Shown here in pieces: positions 13,353-28,875 of a stretch of DNA of 64,000 nucleotides. A program made the translations under genes and the position numbers. Each line of letters starts with the position of its first letter. Within the stretch, counting starts at the first letter, position 1. The notes under the pieces were generated by a model. That model made no database searches. It saw only the letters and a program-made list of their open reading frames with translations, and was not told the DNA's origin. The DNA is from Eledone cirrhosa (Eukaryota). The stretch covers positions 333,126,001 to 333,190,000 of the forward strand of contig OZ024741.1 of NCBI GenBank assembly GCA_964016885.1, read 5' to 3'.

Positions 13353-14464
13353 GTTTCAGTTGTCGTTGGAAACAGCGGTCCTCTGTTTTCTTCATTCATC
13401 ACCCTTTCTTTTATTATGTTACCTTTTTATATTCATTCCCTGTCGTGTTTTTATTACATCTGGAAACTTATTCTTTCTTTCATTTATACCTTAATAATTG
13501 TTTCTACTTTTGGCACAAGGCCAGCAATCACCCAGTGCATTACTGGTACTTTATTTTATCAACCCCGTAAGGATGAAAGGCAAAGTAAACCCTTAATAAT
13601 GGTTTCTGATTTAGGCACGAGGTCAACAGTTTTGGGGGAGGAGTAAGTTGATTAAATTGACTCCATTGTGTTACTGGTACTTTATTTTATTGAGTCCATA
13701 AGGACGAAAGGCAAAGCTAACCTAGGCGAGATTTGAACTCAGAACATAAAGGACTGTAACTATATGCAGCAAAGCATGTTGTTCAACACAATATTGCCAT
13801 ATAATAAACTAAATGAGATGGCAAATTGACAGTATTCATTCTGGCTCTCTATGTTGTGAGTTCAAATCCCACCGAGGTCAACTTTGCCTTTTATCATTTC
13901 AGGGTTAGGGTTAGGTTTATAAAAAAATTACCAGTCTAGTGCTGGGGTAAATTCTTCTTCTATATCTCTTTCTCACTCATTTACTTCTCTGGGAGAAATT
14001 GGCTATGTTCCTGATGTGGAAAGAGGGAATGGGCTCCTCCGTCTTTAAAAAGCCCAAGACATGCCATATGCCACTACAGTGCCCCTACAATTTCACCAGG
14101 TGTTACAGGTCCATATATATATCATCAGCATCATCACCGTTTAACGTCCATTATCCATGTTAGTGTAGGTTAAAGTTGTGTGTATGTATGTGTGTGTGTA
14201 TATATATATGTATATATATCTATATATATAAATGTAAAGTATCTCTCTCTCTCTAGATATAGATATAGATATATAGATATATAGATATATATATATATAT
14301 ATATAGATATAAATATAGATATAGATATATATATATCTATATATATATAGATATATAGATATATATATATAGATAGATATAGATATAGATATATCTATAT
14401 ATATGTATATCTATATATATATAGATATATATATATATAGAGAGAGAGATATATATATATATAT

Positions 14465-14509
<45 letters not shown>

Positions 14510-14598
14510 TATATATATATATAGAGAGAGAGATATATATATATATATAGAGAGATATATATATATATATAGAGAGATATATATATATATATATATAT

Positions 14599-14637
<39 letters not shown>

Positions 14638-14650
14638 TATATATATATAT

Positions 14651-14745
<95 letters not shown>

Positions 14746-14774
14746 TATAGATATATATATATATATATAGAGAG

Positions 14775-14819
<45 letters not shown>

Positions 14820-15522
14820 TATAGATATATATATATAGAGAGAGAGATATCTATATCTATATATAGATAGATAGATAGATATATATATATCTATATATAT
14901 AGATATATATATCTATATATATAGATATATATATATATATCTATATATATAGATATATATATATATATATAGATATATATATATATATCTATATATATAG
15001 ATATATATATATATATCTAGATAGATAGATAGATAGATATATATATATCTATATATATATATAGATATATATATATCTATATATATATATAGATATATAT
15101 ATATCTATATATATATATATATAGATATATATATATCTATATATATATATAGATAGATATATATATATCGATATATATATATAGATAGATAGATATATAT
15201 ATATCGATATATATATATAGATAGATAGATATATATATATCGATATATATATATAGATAGATAGATATATATATATCGATATATATATATAGATAGATAT
15301 ATATATATCTATATAGATAGATAGATAGATATATATATATCTATATAGATAGATAGATAGATAGATATATATATATCTAGATAGATAGATAGATATATAT
15401 ATATCTATATAGATAGATAGATATATATATATCTATATAGATAGATAGATATATATATATCTATATAGATATATATATATACAATATTAAACAAATGGAA
15501 ACTATATTTATAAAACCATATT

Positions 15523-15588
15523 TATTTCATTATACATATTTCAGGGATACCATATTAGAAATATGGCATGCCTTCTTCAGATAAAATA
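15523..15588 (-). ncRNA. Type I hammerhead (F3 variant) in element 15481-15700
   Basis: Reverse complement: tattttat-CTGAAGA-aggc-atgccatatt-tct-aatatggtat-ccct-GAAA-tatgta-TA-atgaaata. Confidence 0.78.
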
Positions 15589-15698
15589 GTTTCCATTTGT
15601 TTAATATCGTATATCTACTCCAAAACTTGTTGAGTGCTTTATATCAGTTATAAAATATTTACTCGTTGTAACCCAACAATTTTAAATAAATCTTTTGC

Positions 15699-15731
<33 letters not shown>

Positions 15732-15991
15732 TATAGATATATATATATATAGAGAGAGAGATATAGATATATAGATATATATATAGAGAGATATATATAT
15801 ATAGAGAGAGATATATATATATAGAGAGAGAGATATAGATATATATATATATAGATAGATATAGATATATCTATATAGATATAGATATATATATAGATAG
15901 ATAGATATAGATAGATATAGATATATAGATATATATAGATAGATATATATATATATAGATAGATATAGATATATAGATATAGATATAGATA

Positions 15992-16077
<86 letters not shown>

Positions 16078-16088
16078 TATATATATAG

Positions 16089-16153
<65 letters not shown>

Positions 16154-16661
16154 TATATATATAGATAGATTAGATATATATATAGATAGATAGATAGATA
16201 TATATATATATATAGATAGATATATATATATAGATAGATATATATATATAGATAGATATATATATATAGATAGATATATATATATAGATAGACATATATA
16301 TATATATATAGATATAGATAGATAGATATATATATATAAAGATATAGATATAGATATATATATGTGTGTTTCTACTTTAGGCACAAGGCCAGCAAATTAC
16401 CCAGTTCATTACTGGTACTTTATTTTATCGACCCCGTAAGGATGAAAGGCAAAGTCAACCTCGGCAGGATTTGAACTCATATCTATATATATATCTATAG
16501 ATATATATATATATATATAGATATATATATATCTATATATATAGATATATATATATATATACCTATATATATCTAGATATAGATATATATATCTATATAT
16601 ATATATATCTATATATATATAGATATAGATATATATATCTATATATATCTATATATCTATA

Positions 16662-16704
<43 letters not shown>

Positions 16705-16745
16705 ATATATATATATATATATATCTATATATATATATATATATA

Positions 16746-16779
<34 letters not shown>

Positions 16780-16869
16780 TAGATAGATAGATATAGATAT
16801 ATATATCTATCTATATATATATATATATATATATATATAGATAGATAGATAGATATAGATATATATATC

Positions 16870-16903
<34 letters not shown>

Positions 16904-17060
16904 TAGATATATATATCTATCTATATATATATATATATAGATAGATAGATATAGATATATATATCTATCTATATATATATATAGATAGATAGATATAGAT
17001 ATATATATCTATCTCTATATATATATATATATAGATAGATAGATAGATATAGATATATAT

Positions 17061-17287
17061 CATCATCATCATCATCATCATCATCAGGTTTAGCGTCCGT
17101 GTTCCACGCTTGCATGGGTTTGGACGGGGGTTTTCCCACTTGAGGCAAGAGTGGTTGTCTTGCTCGCATAGGACTGTCTGGCGGGTTTTCTACAGTTGGA
17201 TGCCCTTCCTAACACCAACCACATTTACAGTGTGGGGCTGGGAGGTTTTTACCGTGTTGCCTACACGGCCACATTTACAGCGTGACA
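17061..17287 (-). mobile_element. RTE-B 3' UTR-only insertion
   Basis: Matches 44140-44350 (cgtccgtgttccacgcttgcatgggtttggacggggg...) with a (CAT)n tail. Confidence 0.85.
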
Positions 17288-17337
17288 TATATATATATAT
17301 ATATATATAGATAGATATATATAGATATATATATCTA

Positions 17338-17371
<34 letters not shown>

Positions 17372-17530
17372 TATATATATAGATATATATATATATATAG
17401 ATATATATATAGATATATATATATATATATATAGATATATATATATATATAGATATATATATATAGATATATATATATATATATATATAGATATAGATAT
17501 ATATATATATATAGATATAGATATATATAT

Positions 17531-17567
<37 letters not shown>

Positions 17568-17807
17568 TATATATATCTATATATATATATATATATAGAT
17601 ATATAAGTATGTAACTACGGTTACTGGAGTTGTGGCATATGAAACATTCGATGCTGTTGCAGGCTATGTTTCATGTTGGGTTCTATTCTAGAGTAAAGGC
17701 AGCTGTAGTGTGCAGTGAAATAAGAGTAAGTAGGATCGAAGTCACTGCTGCAGCATATATATAAACTTTATTGGCATATATCTGTTGCAACAGTGGCTTT
17801 GATCCTT

Positions 17808-17853
<46 letters not shown>

Positions 17854-18070
17854 TGAATAAACAAGAAAGATGAACACTAATATAAACATACATGTGTTCG
17901 AATCGTAAGGACCAAATTTGCTAGGGTGAAAAAATACTAACTACAGCAATATAGTTTGTTTATTCAATTATATTGTACGGCTCAGAAAAGCTTTTTTTTT
18001 AGAGCTATTTAATTGTAAGAGCCTACCCTGAGTTCTTAACTCAATATATATATTATATATTTATATTGTT

Positions 18071-18218
18071 TATTGAGAAGCACAAAATTCTAACACATTA
18101 GATATGTTTTGATTCCTCATATTTGTATATATATTTGTATATATATATATATAAATATATATACAAATATGAGGAATCAAAATATATCTAATATGTTAGA
18201 ATTTTGTGCTTCTCAATA
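18071..18218. repeat. Imperfect ~148-bp palindrome centred on a TA run
   Basis: tattgagaagcacaaaattctaaca... / ...tgttagaattttgtgcttctcaata. Confidence 0.9.
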
Positions 18219-18394
18219 GACTTTATCCATGTATCCTCTACGATATATGGTCCTTTCGCTCTCTATATACATCTTTTACATTTGAATCATATGTATATCA
18301 TCATCGTTTAACGTCCATCTTCCACGCTAGCATGGGTAGGACTATATATATATTTATATATTTACACATACACACTATAGATAATAACTTCAGT

Positions 18395-18500
18395 GGTCGC
18401 AGCATGGCTGAGTGGTTAAGAAGTTCACTTCACAATCATTAGGTCCCAGGTTCAATCCCACTGTATGGCATCTTGGGTAAGTGTCATTTACCGTAGCCCC
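18395..18500 (+). mobile_element. tRNA-derived SINE head
   Basis: tggctgagtggttaag...ggttcaatcccactg...cttgggtaagtgtc. Confidence 0.7.
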
Positions 18501-19190
18501 TGTTTTTTTACCTAATCTCTCTAAGAATGTTTTTAAAGAGTATATGTGTATGTAGAATACACATTAATTTTACACGTAAGGCTGTCCCATTGATTGACCA
18601 ACTGGAATACTCCTCGTCTCAACCAACTGAGGTCCATTCCAGCATACACTTTTTTATTGATTTCACAAGTTTGTAAATACGAGGAACACACATACTCACT
18701 CACACACACAAACCGAGGTTGACACACACACATATATATATGCACACACACACAGACATACACACACACAAAAATAGACACATGTCAATACACACATATA
18801 TATACATGGACACATACACATATGCACACGCACGCAGAGGTAGACACATGCCAATACACTCATATACATAGACACACATGCAGACAGTAACTCTTTGAAT
18901 TTATCTCAAGGAAACCCCATTACTATCTTTGTGGACTCCCAGAGGGTCCTTAACGTTTTCTACTATCAATAACCCCTCTTATTTAAATGAGATTTCCAGG
19001 GACATCCCATGATAATTACTCCCTTCTCATACAGTGATAACAACTACTAGAAGAGAGAATGATGGTTTTTAACAAAATATGGCACTTGAAATATTGAACT
19101 TATATCAGAGACTCTCCAGTCACAACCAGATTTAAACCTGGAGTTGGGTAGGGCAGGGCAGTTCAGGTTTTAGTGGGCCCCTCATATAAT

Positions 19191-19235
<45 letters not shown>

Positions 19236-19238
19236 ATA

Positions 19239-19315
19239 CAGGGTGTGGCAGAAAAGCCTCCCATATTTTACATGGTGGAACCTTAAAATGTGGGAGGTAT
19301 TTTTGCAGCACCCCG
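19239..19315. mobile_element. 77-bp Tc1/mariner-type MITE
   Basis: TA|cagggtgtggcagaaaagcctcccatattt ... aaatgtgggaggtatttttgcagcaccccg|TA. Confidence 0.7.
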
Positions 19316-19326
19316 TATATATTATG

Positions 19327-19419
<93 letters not shown>

Positions 19420-22400
19420 TAAGCAGGAAGTGAGAAAGAGAAAGGGAGAGAGAAGGGGCCTTGTTCAAAGAGAGGGGGCTCTGTTTAATAAGAGGGGCGA
19501 GGGCATTCGCTCCCACCACCACCTGATAAGCCCAGCCCTGTCACCAGTACAAAATCTTGAACTTATAACAAAGTCACTCCTGTACAACATTTGTGGACTC
19601 TCAAGGGTCCACAACATTATTACTATCAAAGATTTAAATGAGTTTTCCCATGGATACTCACTCCACTACCAATTTGAAATTTTAATCTTAGATCATGGAT
19701 CCCCAATAAAAAATTTTGTTAAGTGTAAGGCCCCTCCCCCAGTTTGAGAACAGCTGCTCTATGCAGTAAATCATTAACTTTTACATCTAAACTACTGTTT
19801 TTTTTAAACTTTGTTTGCTCCAGGCCCCACCATGACACTTAAACAAATCTATATGCCCCCACCTCAATATAAAAGTATATTTGTTATTAAAGCGATATAG
19901 TTTGAAGTTTAGGGATTGCATTCCACTACCACCAAAAGAAAAGAAAAAAAAAAGAAAAAGAAAAAAGTATAATTACCCTAGGGTGGGTCCTGCAACTCCA
20001 TGTTTAGAATCGTTATTATAATCTGCTATCTTAAATAATTATCAGCAAAATTAATTAATTAATAATATTAACCAGAGAAAATGTTAAGGACATTGATAAT
20101 TGTCTATTGATATGTTGATTGATAATCATGTATTGATATTTTGTGTAGTTATGGTGTTATGGTTACAACTTTAATAAACATGTTAACCCTCTTCATGCCA
20201 GTATACCAGACTGCATCTGGTTCTGAGGTACAAAACGATTTATTATATTTAATTAGCAATAGCACTAACATAGCATGATACACATCAGAGGTGTGTATAA
20301 AGTCATACATAATACATAATAAAGGTGTATATGAAGACATACTTAATATGTTTATTATATATAAACATTTTGTATTTGTCTTCATATAAATTACATCCCT
20401 GCTATATTGTTTATATTTAGATTTAAATGTTTTGTCATAAGTTTATTCAAGAAGCTTTTTAAGCTCTTAACACCAGTGCAATAATGGAGAGGTTTATGCT
20501 ACAAAACACCTCCAAATTCTTGATTATTTTTAAAATCAATTGAAAGACATTGTCAGGGATGACACCTGGGCATTTACCGTTCTTGACTAGCCCTACAATA
20601 TGCACCTCATTCTCTCAGTTATGCACACCATTTCCTCCAAATATAATAATTTAAATTTAAAAATTTAAGCTTAGTTTTTAACTTGTCTTGCTCTGACCAC
20701 ACTTAAAAACCTGCAATAAAATGATGGAAGGTTTTAATGTGAATGTGAACATTTTAAAATGAGCAGTTTTCTATCATAAATCAGTGTTTTCAGATGGATT
20801 GGTATTAAAAGTGTTAAGGGTTGGTAATGTGCCTCTCTGAGCCCTGTGTCATGGGCAGTTGCCAGTTTGGTGTAATTGTAGTGGTGGCTATATACATAAA
20901 CTATGTATTTTATTAGAAATATGGCGATGATCACAGAGAAATAAAACTTATAAAAAGTTATTAAGGTAAAAACAAACTTCTTTTTCTTTTTTCTTTTTCT
21001 TTTTCTTTTTCTTTTTCTTTTTCTTCTTCTTCTTGGATGGTTGTGGGAGCAAAGTCCTCAACCTGACTTTCCAACAATCCTGTCAGAAGCAACCATCTCA
21101 TAACTGATCTGGGTGGATCCTCAAGTGTGACCAGCCAAGCTCATGGATGTTATCCAACCATCCTGCTTGGAATCTACTCCTGGGTCTCATTTAAAACAAA
21201 ATATTGAATTAAGGAAAACCAATTGTATTCAACAAGTGTTGAACAAGTTTAGAATTTTTAAAAGTATATAAGTTTAAAGTAAAATGCTTCAACTTAAGTT
21301 TTTTTTTTTACTATGAAAATAGCCAAACAAGTTGGTGGTACAACCCTATAGAGATGGATGTTGCTCCCTTTTCTTGTCAATAGGGGGCTTATATGCCTGA
21401 CTTGTTCAAATATTTTCATAATAAAAAAATGTTGAAGCAGTTTACTTTAAACTAAGATACTTTCAAAAATTCAAAATAATGAGTTGTTTGTTAACTAACC
21501 CTTGTGATACAAACCTGCCCACAATCACCTCTGCTTCCATGAACAAAAAACAACAACAACAACAACAACAAAAAACCCTCTCATTTTCAAATGTTTTTAT
21601 TCAAATAGAAACCTTTCAACATAATTTCATTTTTGTTAGATTATATTACAAATACAATCTTGATAATGAAATGATTAATAATTTTAGTAAATCCCTCCAA
21701 ATTCTTCAAAAACTAATTCAGATACAGTGTATTTTATTATAAACATAGTGACGAAATGGATAAATAGAAAGTCAGTTTTATAAGAAGGTATATGGTCTTT
21801 ATGATTAACTAATCAATCAATAATTACCAAAGATAATATTAAGCATATTTAAATTTTCAAGTCCAAAATTAATATGCCATATATACCAGGGTTACTGGAT
21901 ATATAAGCTATCATACAAACTGGGAAATTCGGGTTTTGATAAGTTAAAGGTTTACATATAAGAGGCCCTATAATTTATATTGATTACCGACTTGTGGAAG
22001 TGATTGAAAATAAAAATAAAATATTTTTATAATTTATTATTTAGATTTTAATTATATAAATATTTAGCATATATATTGCAAGCGTGGAAGATGGACGTTA
22101 AACGATGATGATGATGATGATGATGATGAATATACAAACGACATACAGGATGAAATGTATGAGTAATGGAGAAAAATTATTTATAGGAACAAATATAGGG
22201 TTAAAACCCAGAAACTTGTGATTAGGAAGCAAACCTCTTATTGCAGCAAGATGATGCATATAGGAAATGTATTGTATATATATATATATATATACAGGTT
22301 TTTCCCCCAAAATGTATACACACTTCAATAGCATTCTAATAAATATGTGTATATATTTTGGGGACACACACTCACTCACTCACTCACTCACTCACTCACT

Positions 22401-23934
22401 CACTCACTCACTCACTCTCTATCTCTCTATCTCTCTCTCTCTCTCTCTGTAATAATAGCAATAATAATAATTTCCAAATTGAGCACAAGGCCACCAATTT
22501 TGGGGAAGGGAAACAGTTGATCACATCAATCTCAGGCATTGAATTTTATCAACCATGGGAGGATGAAAGGCAAAGTTGACCAGTGGGATTTGAACTCAGC
22601 ACATAAATAGCTGTAATTAAATACTGCAAAACATTTTGTCTGACACTTTAACAGTTCTCCCAATGTTTATATCTATCTAAAAGCCTTTCATCATAATTTT
22701 ATGTAAGAATATTTATGTTCCAAATACAAGCTTGAAAATGAGAAAGTTATATTACCAAGACCCTCCAAATTCTTTATTATATTCAAAGTTATTTTACAAT
22801 CAAAAGCAGTCTCTTTCATTGGAAATATTGTAATGAAAGGTTAAAATTTGTTTGTTTTCAAGGACATTTAACCCTTTTAACACACAATTGTTTGAAACTG
22901 CCTCTGGTTCTACAATACAAAACTGCTTATTTCAAAGCATTTATATTTATCTAAAAATCTTTGTCAGAAACCAGCTAAATAAAGATTTTCATCTTATGGT
23001 TTTTATTTTATTGGAATCAAATGTAAGTAATAAATAATATGCATGAATTATCTAATTCCTATGTTTGTCAGTTGAAATTATTTTATTCAGAACAAAGTAC
23101 ATGTTATAGGCCTAGCTCAGGGCACTAAATACCTAGTTGGCAACCTTGATTATAATTAAGTATGCAAAAAGTAACCTGAAACAACAAAGAAAACAGAGTA
23201 TAATGAAGAAATATATCAGTTTAGCGCTTGGTATAGTAGGAAAAGAGTCTTTACGTTTTGGACACTAGTTCTTCATCAAAAGATAGAATGAGAAATAAAA
23301 GATGAAATAGGAAGATAAAATGAGAAGAGGAAGGAACATATGTGTATTTGAATATAATTAATGCTGATTATATATGATATCAACCCTCTTGAAAGTTTAG
23401 GAACCTATAATGAATTGTATGCTTCTGTCCCTTAAAATTTGTTTGTTATCAAGGTAATTTAGATTTTTTTCATACCAAACTACTTGAAATTGCCTCTAAT
23501 TTTATGACCCAAGACTATTTTTTAAAAATATATATTGAGTGTATACATTTATCTAAAACCCTTCCTTCATAATTTTATTGAACCTTTATTGTTCCAAACA
23601 CAAGCTTAATAAAGAGAAAATTAATTATATTACTAAATCTTTTCAAATTCTTGGTTATTTTCAAAATTATTTAAAAACCATAGGCAATGTCTTTCAATAG
23701 AAATATGGCAGTGAAAGGGTTAATAACGAGAAAGTTACTTGCGTTACTAAATTCGTCCAAATTCTTGATTATTTTCAAAATTTTTTGAAAGTCATAGAAA
23801 ATACCTTTCATGGTAAAGAAAGCGTTAAAGAAGATTTCAAAAGTGAAAGTAAACAAGACATTTCAAAAAACACTTTCAATAAATTGTGAACTGTAGAGAA
23901 TCACTAATAAGACATATACGTCTTCTCAGGAAGG

Positions 23935-24236
23935 ACAAGATTTATCGGAGGGAGAAGAAGGGGCTAATACATTGGCCGCCCTTTGTCAAACAGAGCCCTC
24001 CTCTGGGAACAGCACTGGGCACCACAATTCTGAACTGCCTTGAGCCCTCTGATCCCCAAACCTGAATTGCTGTGAGACCCCCAAAATTGAACTGCCATGG
24101 GCTCCCCCCAAACCTGAACTGCCCTGGGTCCTCCAAACGTGAACTGTCCAGCCCCGCAGGTCTAAATATGGCCCTGAGTTTAGAAACCATTAAATACTCT
24201 CTTGTCTCCAAATTCTTTACTTTATCTTTCTCTTTA
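23935..24236. mobile_element. Old GC-richer MITE-like element with internal (aaacctgaactgcc)-type repeats; inverted relative at ~19125-19540
   Basis: Shared aaacctgaactgccctg and aaacagagccc.ctct segments; ends in gccctg. Confidence 0.45.
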
Positions 24237-24389
24237 AATTCAAATAACAAATCTTGTTATTTATTTTCCTATTTTTTATCCTTTAATTGAATAAATATAC
24301 AAATATATTCTCTTATATTCTATGCGATTAGTTTGTTTGGGGAAACGTGAGAAGTGTTTGGAAATAGTTTGAAGTCAGCTTTGTCTTGT

Positions 24390-26650
24390 TACCAACACCA
24401 CCTGCTCTGTCACTTTATCACTGCCTCACTATATCACTGAATCACTTTATCATTCTATCAACTCCTTCACCAACACTATCGCATCACAATATATCACACC
24501 ACCAACACTACCACATCATAATACATCACACCACCTACACCACACCACCACCAACACTACTCCACATGACCACCACTACCACCACCACACCACCACTACC
24601 ACCACCACTCCACACCAACACCCCCTCTACCACTCTACTTGGTGTATGCCACTACATTACTCCACAACTTCCAATGACACAATCAACAGATCCAACAACA
24701 ACTCCATAGTACATTCCACCACTACATGACTCTACCAACATACCATTCCACGACCACTACTACCACCACCACCACCACTTCACTATATCATACCTCATTC
24801 CCACCACTAACACCACTTCACCACCACCACCACCACCACCACTACCACCACCACCACTACCACTACCACCACTTCACCACCACCACTTCACCACTACCAC
24901 TTCTAGGTCACCACACCACCACCACCACCACAATAGCTCACCATGCCACCAACAACTCCACCATTTCACCTTCAACATCATTTCACCAACTCCCCCACCA
25001 CACCTTCAACATCATTTCACCAACTCCCCCACCACACCTTCAACATCATTTCACCAACTCCCCCACCACACCGTCAACATCACTTCACCAACTCCCCCAC
25101 CACAACTCCAGCACATACCATGACACAATCAATCCCTACAACTCCACCACACTAACTACCACACAATCAGCTCCACCATTCCACCGACCTCATCCCCACC
25201 ATCACCATCACTACACCATCTCTCTCTACTTCACTTCATGTATAATATACCACCCCACACACCTCACCGCCTCACCACCACCCCACCACCTCACCACCAC
25301 CCCACCACCTCACCACCACACACCTCACCACTACACCACCACCACCACACACCTCACCACCACACTCACCACCATGACACTATCCTCCTCTAGTTTACAC
25401 CATGTATAAATCTCCAATCCTCCAGAACAACCAACAACACCAACACCACCCCCTCCAATTTACTCCATGTATAATATACAGCCCCCCCCCCCCCCCACCA
25501 CCACCAGCAGCACCATCACAACCCCTACACTGCCAACACTACGACAATCTCCTCTTCCAATTTACTCCATGTATAATATATACCCCCCCTCACCACACCA
25601 ATACCACCACCACTACATCACCACACCACCACACCAATACCACCACCACCACCACCACTACATCACCACATCACCACACCAATACCACCACTACATCACC
25701 ACACCAATACCACCACCACTACATCACCACACCACCACACCAATACCACCACTACATCACCACACCAATACCACCACCACCACCACTACATCACCACACC
25801 ACCACACCAATACCACCACCACCACCACCACTACATCACCACACCACCACACCAATACCACCACCACTACATTACCACACCACCACACCATACCACCACC
25901 ACCACATCATCACACCACCACACCAATACCACCACCACACCACCACACCAATACCACCATCACCGCTACATCACCACACCACCACACCAATACCACCACT
26001 ACATCACCACACCACCACACCAATACCACCATCACCACTACACCACTACATCACCACACCAATACCACCACCACCATCACTACTACATCACCACACCACC
26101 ACACCAATACCACCATCACCACTACATCACCACACCACCACACCAATACCACCACTACATCACCACACCACCACACCAATACCACCACTACATCACCACA
26201 CCACCACATCAATACCACCACTACATCACCACACCAACCACCACACCAATACCACCACTACATCACCACACCACCACACCAATACCACCACTACATCACC
26301 ACACCACCACACCAATACCACCACTACATCACCACACCACCACACCAATACCACCACTACATCACCACACCACCACACCAATACCACCACTACATCACCA
26401 CTACATCACCACACCACCATCATCACAACCTCCAATTTACTCTAAGTAAATGATATACACAACCACCACCATTACCACCACCATACCATCAACACCATTA
26501 CACCAATAACACCAAAACCTCCCCCTCCAATTTACTCCATGTATATAATATACACCCCACCCACCCCATCACCACCACCACCACCACCACTACCACCACC
26601 ACACCACCAACGCCATCACAACCCACCAGCCAACCTCCACTACTTTACAC
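24390..26650. repeat. (CAC/CCA)-rich low-complexity region and minisatellite (accacaccaataccaccactacatcaccacacc)
   Basis: Direct reading; open in several frames. Confidence 0.95.
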
Positions 26651-27030
26651 CATCTATATAATCTCCAGTCCTCCACAGTAATTATGTCTAACACATGTAA
26701 CTATTCCGTGCTGTTGTTAGTTGACAACCAGCAGGATGTGAGGGAATATATTCTTAATTTCGTCTTATTTCTAAACCAAATCAGCATAGAGAGTGGAAAA
26801 TCCTAAAAGAAACCCCTCACTCAATATATATCTATGTATGTGTGTATATATGTATGTATGTATGTATATATATATATATATACACATACATTGAGAGGAG
26901 AGAGGGGTGGAGGGGATATATATATATATATGTGTATATATATATATATCTATATGTGTATATCTATATATATATGTATATATCTATATATATGTATATA
27001 TCTATATATATATGTATATATATGTTGGCA

Positions 27031-27378
27031 ATGGAGGCACATGGCTTAGTGGTTAGAGCATTGGCCTTGCAATCGAAAGGTTGTGAGTTCAATTCTCAGA
27101 CCGGGTGATGTGTTGTTTCCTTGAGCAAGACACTTTATTTCACATTGCTCCAGTTTACTCAGCTGTAGAAATGAGATGATAGGGACTGGGGTCCCTATCA
27201 TTCCACTGCAAAGTGGTTGTGGAGGTGCCACGGCAAAAAAGCACCCAGCACTCACTATAAATGAGGTTGGTGTTAGGAAGGGCATCCAGCTGTAGAAATC
27301 AAGCCAGAATCAGATCCCGTCCCACCCTTGCAAGCAGGGAAAAGTGGACGTAAAATGAAATGATGAAATAAAAATGAT
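27031..27378 (+). mobile_element. SINE family 1, full length
   Basis: atggaggcacatggcttagtggttagagc...gagttcaattctc...ggacgtaaaatgaaatgatg. Confidence 0.9.
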
Positions 27379-27435
27379 ATCTATATATATATGTATATAT
27401 CTATATATATATATGTATATATCTATATACATATA

Positions 27436-27799
27436 TTCTCTTCATCATCTATATTAATGACATCACTGACATCATCAAACACAGTAACATTAGAATTTTC
27501 GCTGATGATTCCAAGCTCCAAAAGGTCATCAATGGCGTGGATGACCGGATAAGCCTTCAGTCAGACCTACTGGCTGTTGCCCAATGGGCGGAAAAGAACA
27601 ACATGTTACTGAACGAAGACAAATTCGAACTGATCCACTTTGGAAAAAAGGATGCTCTGAAACTCCCGTACTCCCTTCCCTCCGGTGAAACTCTCGTGGC
27701 ATCTAACAACATCAGAGACTTGGGAGTAACCGTGGACAGCAACATAAGCTGGGCCACGCATATAAGCAGCAAAGTTGACATGGCCCGCAGAATGTGTTC

Positions 27800-27800
<1 letters not shown>
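27436..27800 (+). mobile_element. Internal fragment of the same CR1/L2-group RT, bounded by (TA)n at both ends
   Basis: Near-identical to 31914-32227 and extends ~50 bp further ([17 protein letters not shown]). Confidence 0.9.
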
Positions 27801-27855
<55 letters not shown>

Positions 27856-27884
27856 GTATATATATATATGTATATATATATATG

Positions 27885-28048
<164 letters not shown>

Positions 28049-28088
28049 CATATATATATATACATATACATATATATATATATATATA

Positions 28089-28652
28089 CACCTGTCTCAT
28101 GGTCGGGTCGTTGGCGACTAAACTGGCAACCCCACCAAGGTTTCTTGGTGAGGAGGGTGACTTTGGACATCCTGCAGGACTAAAAACAAAACCTGTCAAA
28201 GGGCAAAGGAGCTCTTAAGAGTCAATGGCCATCCAAAATCAGTGGGAGAGATGACCCCTTAGCCTTTGTCAAGGCAGAATTCTAGGAGAAGGAAAACTCT
28301 GATATAACACCTGCAACCCTGATGGTATCCAATGATGTTGACTTGTTCTTCTTTTTGGTAAATATCATCTTGGTTAAGAGAGTGGGACTGGCTTTGTGCA
28401 GTGCCTTTGCTCACTATAAAAGCTTCACGGCACAGGCATTGCTTTGTATCTGGAGATCTCTCTGCACTTGTCGTCACATGGTACCAAAGGCAAAGCACTA
28501 TGTGTCAATAATTGTCACAAGTGTAGTGTTTGTACCAGAGTTTTCAAGTCGCTGGCTGGACTAAAAAGTCACTCGTTCAGCGCATCGGTAGGGGTTCTCC
28601 TACATGGATATAAAGTAGTGGCCGTACTCGAAAACGAGTTGGCAGCCACCAT
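28089..28652 (+). mobile_element. Short non-autonomous RTE-derived element (RTE-like 5' part fused to a zinc-finger-encoding 3' end)
   Basis: The 3' part translates [20 protein letters not shown] (C-x2-C-x12-H, as at the C-terminus of BovB-type RTE ORFs), followed by hairpin ctcg-aaaa-cgag. Four copies in the window. Confidence 0.7.
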
Positions 28653-28669
28653 ATATGTATGTATGTATG

Positions 28670-28742
<73 letters not shown>

Positions 28743-28753
28743 GTATGTATATA

Positions 28754-28798
<45 letters not shown>

Positions 28799-28823
28799 AT
28801 GTATGTATGTATGTATGTATGTA

Positions 28824-28857
<34 letters not shown>

Positions 28858-28875
28858 TATATGTATGTATGTTCC

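Larger units (their letters stand above)
14200..17605. repeat. Large (TA)/(GATA)/(GA) microsatellite field with embedded small insertions
   Basis: Direct reading. Confidence 0.95.

Noticed and set aside
24386-26453. His/Thr/Pro-rich ORFs (227-347 aa) resembling mucin or extensin
   Set aside because: CAC/CCA low-complexity DNA lacking stops in overlapping frames; no signal peptide or splice support.
27031-27105. tRNA gene
   Set aside because: A/B boxes are present but there is no proper acceptor stem, and it continues into a SINE body found in multiple copies.
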